Shown here: piece after piece, positions 49,723 to 57,755 of the stretch | How the letters are laid out: every line of letters starts with the position of its first letter | How positions within the stretch are numbered: position 1 is the first letter of the stretch | Source: an uncultured bacterium | GTDB lineage: Bacteria; Fidelibacterota; Marinisomatia; SCGC-AAA003-L08; JACNLC01 | DNA: 64,000 bases | Assembly: GCA_964409335.1 (NCBI GenBank) | Contig: CAYPCW010000007.1 | Coordinates: 646-64,645 of the forward strand | Reading direction: 5' to 3' | Translations under genes and position numbers: made by a program | Notes under the pieces: model-generated | What the model was told of the DNA's origin: nothing | The model's database searches: none | What the model saw: the letters and a program-made list of their open reading frames with translations, nothing else

Positions 49723-50919
49723 TTAATATAAAAACTGCTGAATATCGTAGGGTGAAATTACCGCACCCGTGGGAGTGAATTTCTGAAACCGGTGCAGAAA
49801 TTCCATTGTCATTTTTCGGATTTCCTGTCGGTCGGGCTGGAAAATTCCATGTTTTGTCAGTTCATATTCGTACTGGGGATTTGTCTCATAAAACTCCGAC
49901 AGATAGATCATGTCTCCCTTCCCCAGCGGGATTTTTTCAAGGAGGTTGATTGATGCATCCAGATGTTGAGAATGATATTTTTCCCCGCCCGCACCGGTTA
50001 AAAAAATAACACCAAGATTCACGCCTCCGAGTTTAAGATTTTCTGTCAACTCAACGATGTCATCCGTCGCCTGCGGTTTATGAAGAAATGCCAGTAGTTC
50101 CGGATCACCGGATTCAACCCCCAGATATACCCGGTTTAATCCCAGTGCCGCCAGATCCGAAAAATCTTTCGATGATTTTTTTATACCGGTAAATACATCT
50201 ATAAATGAGTAAATATTCCGGGATTTCCCCGTCTTTCGACGGATTAACTCCATTGTATCCCGCAGCCGGGATTGGGGGGTGACCAATGCGTTGGCATCTG
50301 CCAGAAATATGGATTTTCGAAGCCGTACCCCCTCCCCGAAAAATGCCAAAACCTGGTCCAGATGCAATGATATTTCTTCCCGATTTTTTATCTTAAACGG
50401 ACGGTCTCTGTAAAAATTGCAGAAAGTACACCGGTTATAGTTACACCCTTCGGTGATCTGAATCACCAGCGACATGTACTGGTCCGGTGGAAGAATGGAG
50501 ATCGGCAGATAAATGTCGTCGAATGCTTTACCTTCTGCCTTAAGAGACCCCATATCCATTAACAGGATTTTTTCCACCAATGGCCGGGCATCTGGATCAA
50601 GACCGGGTAAAATTTCATGAAAAAGCCGGTGTGCCTGTGCTAAAAGCCTACCTGCTACTCTCAATCCGATGGGCGTCACATTCCGGTAATCTTCACCGTC
50701 TATGGAAATTCTGTCTTTCAGGTAGAAGCGGTTGGATAATGTCCGACGATAGTTTACTCCGTTCACATACATTCCCATCAGTCTGCCTTCCAGGTCAAAT
50801 GTCCACAGATCATTCTGAGGCCGGGTAAATAAATTGACAGCATGAGGTTTGACGGTCAGAAGGATTGTCGTCCCGTCATTACGGCTGAATGTGAAACTTT
50901 GGGCGAACGTGCCGGTCAT
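49723..50919 (-). CDS. radical SAM protein with an uncharacterised ~150-aa N-terminal domain
   Basis: CX3CX2C cluster motif ITEGCNYNRCTFCNFY and an Elp3-like GVESGDPELL segment. No SPASM or B12 domain is visible. Confidence 0.85.
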   Translation of the reverse strand: MTGTFAQSFTFSRNDGTTILLTVKPHAVNLFTRPQNDLWTFDLEGRLMGMYVNGVNYRRTLSNRFYLKDRISIDGEDYRNVTPIGLRVAGRLLAQAHRLFHEILPGLDPDARPLVEKILLMDMGSLKAEGKAFDDIYLPISILPPDQYMSLVIQITEGCNYNRCTFCNFYRDRPFKIKNREEISLHLDQVLAFFGEGVRLRKSIFLADANALVTPQSRLRDTMELIRRKTGKSRNIYSFIDVFTGIKKSSKDFSDLAALGLNRVYLGVESGDPELLAFLHKPQATDDIVELTENLKLGGVNLGVIFLTGAGGEKYHSQHLDASINLLEKIPLGKGDMIYLSEFYETNPQYEYELTKHGIFQPDRQEIRKMTMEFLHRFQKFTPTGAVISPYDIQQFLY

Positions 50920-50934
50920 GCTAATCCAACATAC

Positions 50935-51351
50935 TTACTCATCATGGTCACAGGTTGACGGGACTATGCGGCCATCGGTCATCACGGCATTTTTCCAGAT
51001 GGGAACATCTTTTTTCAGTTGTGAGATGAACCACGTCATGGCATGAATGCCTTCGACCCGATGTTCAGACCAGATGACTACCCGTAATGATATTTCACCC
51101 ACTGGGATCCTCCCCACCCGATGGATACACTCCAGATGAGAGATGGGGAATCTTTCAGCAGTGTGCTCTGCCAGGGTCTTTAACTCGGTTTCCGCCATCC
51201 CGGAATAATGTTCATATTCCAGGGCAATGATGGACGCCCCGTGTTCCGTATCTCGTACGCTTCCATGGAAGATCAATTCAGCGCCCGTATCCGGATACGT
51301 CCTGCATGGGGTGTACGGTGTAATGGGTTGATCTGTGATGAAGGTCTGAAT
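50935..51351 (-). CDS. moaE: molybdopterin synthase catalytic subunit MoaE
   Basis: GAELIFHGSVRD...LEYEHYSGMAE...IHRVGRIPVGEISLRVVIWSEHR...KKDVPIWK is the MoaE pattern. The first canonical start (TTG 51276) removes about 25 conserved N-terminal codons. The frame is open back to a TGA at about 51385 with only an ATT (51351) as a plausible initiator, 11 nt after GGAGG. Confidence 0.8.
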   Translation of the reverse strand: MQTFITDQPITPYTPCRTYPDTGAELIFHGSVRDTEHGASIIALEYEHYSGMAETELKTLAEHTAERFPISHLECIHRVGRIPVGEISLRVVIWSEHRVEGIHAMTWFISQLKKDVPIWKNAVMTDGRIVPSTCDHDE

Positions 51352-51358
51352 GTCCGTA

Positions 51359-51607
51359 CTAACCTCCGGACACCGGGGGGATCAGCGCGATTTCATCCCC
51401 GTCTTGTAAATTAACCGTCGTATTCACATATTCCCGGTTTACGGCAATACGGATGGGTAATGCTTTCAAGTTCGGATATTTGTCAAGAAACGTCTTCATA
51501 AATTCCTCTGTATTCATGGCCGATGGAAATGACATGGGAATCTCCCCATTGCCTGTTTCCTGCCTTACCTGCGAAAAACATTTGATTCTGACCGTGAGCT
51601 TCGTCAT
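51359..51607 (-). CDS. moaD: molybdopterin synthase sulfur-carrier subunit MoaD
   Basis: 82 aa of ThiS/MoaD size, ending ...LIPPVSGG (C-terminal Gly-Gly). Confidence 0.85.
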   Translation of the reverse strand: MTKLTVRIKCFSQVRQETGNGEIPMSFPSAMNTEEFMKTFLDKYPNLKALPIRIAVNREYVNTTVNLQDGDEIALIPPVSGG

Positions 51608-52833
51608 CCCGACACGTCCAGCGAATGATTTGGAAGAAATCTGATAGGTACCGGCGTCCCCTCCTGAATCTCTTGATCCATGGGAGGAATTCCAATAATA
51701 CAGTTGGAGTTCAGAAAGGATGTAAGCATATGAGATCCGGTTCGGGTTGCTGCCTCAACGAAGAGACGGTGATTTGATAAAGAGCATTTTCCAAACAGAA
51801 AACGGTGTTTGAATTTTTCCACCGGGAACGTTCCCGCCAGCGGGACCAATACCGAAGGTTCAACTGTTCTTCCTGTCATTTTCAGTATGAGGGGATACAC
51901 ATATTCAAAAAAGCTGATCACGGTGGATACGGGATTTCCCGGCAGCCCGAAGATCAACTTTTCACCAAGTGTGCCAAAAAATAATGGCTTCCCCGGTTTC
52001 TGTGCAACCTTCCAGAAATGTTCCCTGACACCCAGTTTTTCAAAGATATTCCGGGTGTAATCAAATCTCCCCATGGATATTCCGCCTGAGGATATAATGA
52101 TGTCTGAATCCGAAATTGCATGTCGTAGAAACGACTCGATTTTTGCAGGATCATCTTTTAACAGGGAAGTATTTTTCAGGTCTGCGCCGCTTTGCCGGAT
52201 CAGGGTTTTCAGCACGTGCAGGTTTGAATTGTATATTTGGCCATCATAAAGGGGTTGACCCGGTTCGATCAACTCATCGCCGGGACCGAACAGGGAAATT
52301 TTTGGCCGGCGGAAAACCTTAACTTTTTGCATCCAGAAGGTGGCAAAAATTCCGATTTCTGCAGCCGTGATCACCGAACCCCGACTACAGAGCAATTCTC
52401 CTTCGGGTAACTCTTCTCCCATCATCCGGATATTCTGTAACGGTTCGGCGGATTTATAGATTTTCACCCACAGTGAATTAAAACCACTGGTGTTTTCCAC
52501 CATGACGACGGCATCTGCACCGGGTGGAATTTTACCCCCCGTCATGATCTGAGCGCAATGGCCGGACCGGATCTCCTGTATCAGGGGTTTCCCGGCTGCG
52601 ATCACACCCAAAGATTTCAGTGTCACCGGATGCTGGACTGCGGCAGACAGAATATCCGACGATTTGAGGGCAAATCCATCCATGGCGGAGTTATCAAACC
52701 GGGGCTGCGGAAATGGTGCAGTTACATGTGTTGCCAGGACCCGCCCCGTACTCTTATCAAAGGGAACTGCAACGGTTTTTCCGTCCGGAGTGAAGGATTC
52801 AATCTTTTGCCTGGCAGAATCCACACTGATCAT
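51604..52833 (-). CDS. moeA: molybdopterin molybdenumtransferase MoeA
   Basis: FDNSAMDGFA, ISSGGISMGRFD and GLPGNPVS motifs. Confidence 0.93.
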   Translation of the reverse strand: MISVDSARQKIESFTPDGKTVAVPFDKSTGRVLATHVTAPFPQPRFDNSAMDGFALKSSDILSAAVQHPVTLKSLGVIAAGKPLIQEIRSGHCAQIMTGGKIPPGADAVVMVENTSGFNSLWVKIYKSAEPLQNIRMMGEELPEGELLCSRGSVITAAEIGIFATFWMQKVKVFRRPKISLFGPGDELIEPGQPLYDGQIYNSNLHVLKTLIRQSGADLKNTSLLKDDPAKIESFLRHAISDSDIIISSGGISMGRFDYTRNIFEKLGVREHFWKVAQKPGKPLFFGTLGEKLIFGLPGNPVSTVISFFEYVYPLILKMTGRTVEPSVLVPLAGTFPVEKFKHRFLFGKCSLSNHRLFVEAATRTGSHMLTSFLNSNCIIGIPPMDQEIQEGTPVPIRFLPNHSLDVSG

Positions 52834-53594
52834 GATGTCACCAACTTTTGTGTCAAAATAACGATGGCGATGATAATGATTCCGCCCAGTAATTTTTTCA
52901 TGAGTTCCGGCTTCAGTACGGAAGCGCCCATAAATGACCCAATGTATCCGCCGATCAATACCGCGCCCGCCAGCGGCAGGATGTCCTTCAGGGGGTAATT
53001 GCCCGTGTCGAGTCGTCCGAAAATTCCCGCTATTGAATTGACAAAAATGAAAATGGCTCCACTGGCAGCGGCTTCCTTTTCTGTACCCAGTCCCAAAATA
53101 ATGATGAGAGGCACCAGATACACACCGCCTCCAATACCGACAGCGCCGGCAATGAATCCCAGCAGAGCGCCGATCCCCAGAGAAAGCACGGTCTGATATT
53201 GTGACGTCAAATGAAGATGCAGGCTCGCGGCGGGAAACAGGTAAATCCGAATCGCAACCACACCGAGTGAAATGAGCAATAAAAGATAAAAAATCTCAGA
53301 AGCAAGATGAAGTTTACCTCCGAAGTAAGACATGGGTACGGACGATATAATAAACGGAATAATAATGGAACGCTGCGCATGTCCTTTTATTATATAATTT
53401 ATCGTACCGGTAAAGGTGACCACCAGATTGAGCGTCAGTGAAATACCGGGTATGATGGTGTAGGCGACTCCGGACATCGCCAGCAGCGCCGTAAATGCTG
53501 ATCCTCCACCCAGCCCCACTGAAGCATACAACATGGCTATACCCGCGAACATGATCAGGAAAAATGAATAATTGAGGGTGAGGCTCTCCACCAA
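52830..53594 (-). CDS. TauE/SafE (DUF81) family anion permease
   Basis: 254 aa with 7-8 TM helices and duplicated GxGGG-containing segments (VGLGGGSAFTALL and AVGIGGGVYLVPL). A 4-bp overlap with moeA, and directly abutting the moaC/B stop. Confidence 0.85.
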   Translation of the reverse strand: MVESLTLNYSFFLIMFAGIAMLYASVGLGGGSAFTALLAMSGVAYTIIPGISLTLNLVVTFTGTINYIIKGHAQRSIIIPFIISSVPMSYFGGKLHLASEIFYLLLLISLGVVAIRIYLFPAASLHLHLTSQYQTVLSLGIGALLGFIAGAVGIGGGVYLVPLIIILGLGTEKEAAASGAIFIFVNSIAGIFGRLDTGNYPLKDILPLAGAVLIGGYIGSFMGASVLKPELMKKLLGGIIIIAIVILTQKLVTS

Positions 53595-54545
53595 TTATCC
53601 TGGTGAGGAGTTTCCATGGATCATGTCAAAGGCATGGAAAACAGCGGGAATCAGAACTCTGAGTCCATCCTCCGCAGCACCCGAACTGCCCGGCAGGCAC
53701 ACCATGATGGCGTTGCCAATCACTCCTGCGGCCAGACGGGACAACATGGCATGATGTGTACTTTCAGAACCAACCCGATGCAGCGCATTTTCAATCCCCG
53801 TCAACCGTTTGTCAAATAAGGGCTCAAGGGTTTGGATAGTTATGTCTCTCGAAGACAATCCGGTCCCCCCCGATGTGACAATCAGTTCAACTCCGGTCTG
53901 CCGCCAGTTCTCAATCGTTTTTAACAATTGATCGGGGTCGTCCGGAATGATCTGAAAATGGGATACCCGGCAGCCGGAATGGGTAAATCCCCGCTTTAAA
54001 ATTTCACCGGAAGTATCCTCTCCGATTCCCTTCGAAATACGGTCGGACAGTACGAGTATTCCGGTTTCGGGCCGGTAATCAGATTGTGAATGGGAGGACT
54101 TTCCCCCTTTTTTTTCGATCACCCGGATATCGGAGATGGTCATAGTTTTATCCACAGCTTTGCACATGTCATAAATTGTCAGCGCCGTCACGGAGGCTGC
54201 AGTGAGCGCCTCCATTTCAATCCCCGTTGTATCTCTTGCAGTGACCGTCGCGGTGATCAGAATTTGCGATGACTGCGTCTGAAAGGTGATGTCGGCGCAG
54301 GTGATCCGAACCGGGTGACATAGGGGAATGAGACGGCTGGTGGATTTTGCCGCCTGAATCCCGGCGATTTTTGCGGTAGTCAGAACATTCCCTTTCGGAA
54401 TCTTCTCATGAGTGATCAACCCGATGGTGTCAGGCGCCATCGTGATGGTGGCGCTGGCAGATGCGATTCGAACCGATGTGAATTTATCCGTTACATCCAC
54501 CATTTTAACGGACCCATCGGCGGTTAAATGTGATAATTCAGTCAT
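53595..54545 (-). CDS. moaC: bifunctional cyclic pyranopterin monophosphate synthase MoaC fused to a MoaB/MogA-like domain
   Basis: The N-terminal half has the IPLCHP and TGIEMEALTA MoaC motifs. The C-terminal half has ILVLSDR...GEDTSG and IVTSGGTGLSSRD (MoaB/Mog). Confidence 0.9.
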   Translation of the reverse strand: MTELSHLTADGSVKMVDVTDKFTSVRIASASATITMAPDTIGLITHEKIPKGNVLTTAKIAGIQAAKSTSRLIPLCHPVRITCADITFQTQSSQILITATVTARDTTGIEMEALTAASVTALTIYDMCKAVDKTMTISDIRVIEKKGGKSSHSQSDYRPETGILVLSDRISKGIGEDTSGEILKRGFTHSGCRVSHFQIIPDDPDQLLKTIENWRQTGVELIVTSGGTGLSSRDITIQTLEPLFDKRLTGIENALHRVGSESTHHAMLSRLAAGVIGNAIMVCLPGSSGAAEDGLRVLIPAVFHAFDMIHGNSSPG

Positions 54546-54568
54546 GGGTTGATCTCCCTGTTTTGAGG

Positions 54569-55549
54569 TTATCCTCCAATCTGTGTCATACTGGTTCGCA
54601 TATTATGATCGGACCGTTCCGCCTCAAAACCATCCTTTGCTTTCAGGTGCATTGCAGATTGAACCATTGTTAGAATTTCGTCGTCCGAACACCCATTTCG
54701 GATCAGATCCCGCAGGTTAAAATCCTGACTGGAATACAGACAATTTCGGATTTGTCCGTCAGCGGTTAACCGGATACGGTTGCACCACCCGCAAAACGTT
54801 CGACTATAGGCCGGAATGATGGCGAATGCACCCAGAAAGCCGGCCGGTTTAAAATAGTATTCCTCTGTTCGTGACCCGGATTGTGGTTGTCCGGCGGGAA
54901 TGATTTTTTGGATTTCTTCCAGGATCATTTTTACGCCCATGAACCGGCCGGTGCGCCATATTTGATGATCGTCAAATGGCATCAATTCTATAAAGCGGAC
55001 AGATACGGGATTATTTTTTGCCAGATTGATAAAATCGGGAATTTCAGACGCATTGATCCCCCGCATGAGAACAACATTGATCTTCACCCGGAGCGCCGTA
55101 TGCCGGATTGCGGATTGAACATTTTTCCAAACCTGCTCAAAATCATTCCGGCGGGTGATCTGAAAAAACCGGTCGCTTTTCAGAGTATCCAGACTGATGT
55201 TCAGTCCGTCCAGCCCGGCATTGATCAGTGGACCAAGGGCGACGTCCAGATGCATTCCATTCGTTGTGAGGTGGACAGAATCGATGCCTTCCACCTGGCG
55301 AATGGTTTTCACGATGTGTACGATACCGTTTCTGAGGAGAGGCTCCCCGCCGGTTAACCTGACCTTGGCTACCCCGTTTGAAGCTAATATGCGTATAATC
55401 CGAAAAATTTCATCATCTGTCAGGAGACTTTTAGCGGGTTTAAAATCGATACCCTCCGCGGGCATGCAGTACATGCACCGAAAATTGCATTTTTCGTTGA
55501 GTGCAACCCGAATATAATCGAATGTTCTGTGATAATGATCTGTTATCAT
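54569..55549 (-). CDS. moaA: GTP 3',8-cyclase MoaA
   Basis: YIRVALNEKCNFRCMYC radical-SAM motif, C-terminal CGWCNRIRLTADG, and a final GG. Start chosen at ATG 55549 (MITDHYH). The track ORF extends to 55612, into the leader. Confidence 0.93.
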   Translation of the reverse strand: MITDHYHRTFDYIRVALNEKCNFRCMYCMPAEGIDFKPAKSLLTDDEIFRIIRILASNGVAKVRLTGGEPLLRNGIVHIVKTIRQVEGIDSVHLTTNGMHLDVALGPLINAGLDGLNISLDTLKSDRFFQITRRNDFEQVWKNVQSAIRHTALRVKINVVLMRGINASEIPDFINLAKNNPVSVRFIELMPFDDHQIWRTGRFMGVKMILEEIQKIIPAGQPQSGSRTEEYYFKPAGFLGAFAIIPAYSRTFCGWCNRIRLTADGQIRNCLYSSQDFNLRDLIRNGCSDDEILTMVQSAMHLKAKDGFEAERSDHNMRTSMTQIGG

Positions 55550-55552
55550 AAT

Positions 55553-55724
55553 AAAAAAACTCCACCGGATACGTGGAGTCGGGGCGCAGTAACCCTGCAA
55601 TCTCCTTTCCAAACCGGGAGGCTGACCGATTTCTCTATCAACCCTTCATCTGTGAACCAGACGGGAAAAATTCCAACGTTTTGCCAACCATGGGAATGCT
55701 CCTTTAGGTAGACAAAATCGGAGA
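55553..55724 (-). promoter_or_regulatory. candidate molybdenum-cofactor (Moco) riboswitch with terminator / SD-sequestering expression platform
   Basis: The minus strand reads ...CUCCGAUUUUGUCUACCUAAAGGAGCAUUCCC...AAAUCGGUCAGCCUCCCGGUUUGGAAAGGAGA... It contains AAAGGAG and GCCUCCC elements that I recall as conserved in the Moco RNA motif, plus closing pairings CUCC/GGAG and CCGAUUU/AAAUCGG. The hairpin ACUCCAC-guauccg-GUGGAGU + U7 follows and ends 3 nt before the moaA AUG. Its 3' arm contains the only SD-like sequence (GGUGGAG). Confidence 0.55.
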
Positions 55725-55805
55725 ATTATCGCAATAATTTGAAAATAATTTACAGTATTTATTGAGCTATCAGGAAGTATCCATTGGAAAGCTTAAAGGA
55801 GGGTC

Positions 55806-56339
55806 CTATTCAAAATATGAACCAATCGTCCGGAATTTCCGGTTCATTTCCCGCCATTGAGTTTCATCTGTAATCACTTTTAGCGCAGTGGGAAATACCG
55901 TCGTGTCTTCAAGGTAAATATGTTCTCTTAAAATTCCGATGATACCATTCGCCATAAAATTCATCTGTAATTTATATGATTTGAAATCCATGGCACTTAA
56001 ATCTTTGATATGATTGAAAAATTTGAGTTTATATTCTGTCAGAAAGAGATGTTCGGAGGAAAGAACTTTCAGGTGATTGCCGGCATCTGCGTTAAACAAC
56101 GCCGGAAAAAGGACCTCATCCTCCCGTTGGTGATGTTTCGCAACAGCCATTAATTGTTCAGATATTGAGATTAATTTCACAAAAAGTTCGGGATGATCCA
56201 TGGGAGAATCCAGCGAATAAATATCCTGCCGGAGACGATCCATACCATTCAGATATGTCAAAATTGCCCTGTGTTCTTCGAACAGAATCTTGATTAAATG
56301 ATCTTCAGGCAGATCATTTATTGATCCGGGGTTTGGCAT
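55806..56339 (-). CDS. hemerythrin-like (HHE cation-binding) domain protein
   Basis: Repeated H..E / HH..E spacing: LFEEHRAI, AKHHQREDEVLFP, SSEHLFL, LREHIYLED. Confidence 0.7.
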   Translation of the reverse strand: MPNPGSINDLPEDHLIKILFEEHRAILTYLNGMDRLRQDIYSLDSPMDHPELFVKLISISEQLMAVAKHHQREDEVLFPALFNADAGNHLKVLSSEHLFLTEYKLKFFNHIKDLSAMDFKSYKLQMNFMANGIIGILREHIYLEDTTVFPTALKVITDETQWREMNRKFRTIGSYFE

Positions 56340-56397
56340 GTTCTTAATGATAATGATTAATGAATATTAAAATGGTTATAATTATATATCTTGTAAT

Positions 56398-56838
56398 TTA
56401 CACTTGCGATCTCAGCACCTCTCGTTTTCTGATAACCTCGTTTGCCAGATTTTCTAAATTTTCATGTCCCAGAAGCACGCGAATGTTTTCCTTGATGATC
56501 TTCCAGTTATTATGCAACGGGCACGCCACCGAATCTGAACATTCATCCAATCCGATGACGCACATTTCCTTTTCGGGCGGCGGACCATCAATGGCATACA
56601 CAATGTCAATTACTCTGATATCATTCGCCGGTTTATTTAATTTTATCCCGCCATTTCGCCCCCGATAAGACCGGATAAGATGATGCTTGGCCAGCGTTTG
56701 AACAATTTTTGCTAAAAAGTAAAGCGGAATATCATATTCTGAAGCAATTTTATTTACCATAATGCGGGAATCTTTCTGATTAACCGCTAAATAGATCATT
56801 GCCTGAATAGCATATTCTGACGATTTTGAATACAACAT
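56398..56838 (-). CDS. Rrf2-family transcriptional regulator (IscR/NsrR-like, Fe-S type)
   Basis: N-terminus SSEYAIQAMIYLA and a wHTH. Three-Cys cluster CVIGLDECSDSVACPLH. Confidence 0.9.
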   Translation of the reverse strand: MLYSKSSEYAIQAMIYLAVNQKDSRIMVNKIASEYDIPLYFLAKIVQTLAKHHLIRSYRGRNGGIKLNKPANDIRVIDIVYAIDGPPPEKEMCVIGLDECSDSVACPLHNNWKIIKENIRVLLGHENLENLANEVIRKREVLRSQV

Positions 56839-56935
56839 CTATTTCCCCTATGAGAATTTCGTAACCGAAAAATACGGTGATATTTTGTAAATTAATATTA
56901 GATAAAAATATCCGAAAAATAAAATAAAATTTTAC

Positions 56936-56949
56936 ATCCGGTACCGGAT
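56936..56949. promoter_or_regulatory. 14-bp perfect palindrome ATCCGGTACCGGAT in the rrf2/doxX divergent region
   Basis: Perfect dyad about 100 bp from the rrf2 start and about 120 bp from the doxX start. A second dyad, GATATTTT-N18-AAAATATC, lies at 56879..56912. Confidence 0.3.
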
Positions 56950-57068
56950 CACTTTTCCCCTCAATAATTTGATTGAAAAAAATTCCTTAATTGAATAAAA
57001 TTCTTTTGTATTATCAGACCGGTTGTAATACTTTATTCAAATTATTAAAATAAATCAGAAGGAATTTA

Positions 57069-57488
57069 ATGGATATAAATAGCAGAAAAAAGAATATCGG
57101 GTTACTGATCCTGAGAGTGGGGATCGGATTCATGTTTATCTTACACGGATATCCTAAAATATCAGGTGGACCCGAAAATTGGTATAGCCTGAGGGAAAAA
57201 GCGATGACCGCGGTTGGTCTGGGATTTGGATTTACTTTTTTCGGGTTTATGGCAGCATTCTCCGAATTTTGTGGAGGGATTCTGATTTTTCTCGGATTAG
57301 GCACCCGATATGCCGCTGCACTGATGCTCATCACCATGATTATTGCGTCCACACTGCATTTGACCCAGGGAGATGGAATTATGGGAGCATCACATGCGAT
57401 AGAGAGTGGAATTTTTTTTTTAGCATTGGTGTTTATCGGACCGGGCAAATTTAGCATAGATGATCGGTATTGCAATCAAAAGAATTGA
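57069..57488 (+). CDS. DoxX family membrane protein
   Basis: LLILRVGIGFMFILHGYPK and FSEFCGGILIFLGL in 139 aa with 4 TM helices. Confidence 0.85.
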   Translation: MDINSRKKNIGLLILRVGIGFMFILHGYPKISGGPENWYSLREKAMTAVGLGFGFTFFGFMAAFSEFCGGILIFLGLGTRYAAALMLITMIIASTLHLTQGDGIMGASHAIESGIFFLALVFIGPGKFSIDDRYCNQKN

Positions 57489-57755
57489 CATGGTGTGTAG
57501 CCGGATTTCAATATTGATACAGACCCGATAATGTTTTCTATCCTTCCTATATTTAGATTTTCTTTTACGATTCCGTTTATTGGGATCCCTGCCCGGATGG
57601 GACCCGTAAAATATATCTGCAACCGGGTAAAAATTGTATCGCACAAAAAACAAACGCTTTTGGAGAACCCGCGTTGATAAGATCTGATCTCCAGGCGCTC
57701 AAATACACGCACGGACGCCCGGTGGAAACCGTACTTCCCGCGATCGAATTAATCC

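Noticed and set aside
52558-52998. 146-aa plus-strand ORF spanning the moeA/TauE junction
   Set aside because: It is antisense to two genes with clear family motifs and a 4-bp coupled junction. It is a shadow ORF.
57014-57475. 153-aa minus-strand ORF overlapping doxX
   Set aside because: The plus-strand frame gives a clear DoxX pattern and TM topology. The minus-strand product is Pro/Ile-rich with no family resemblance.
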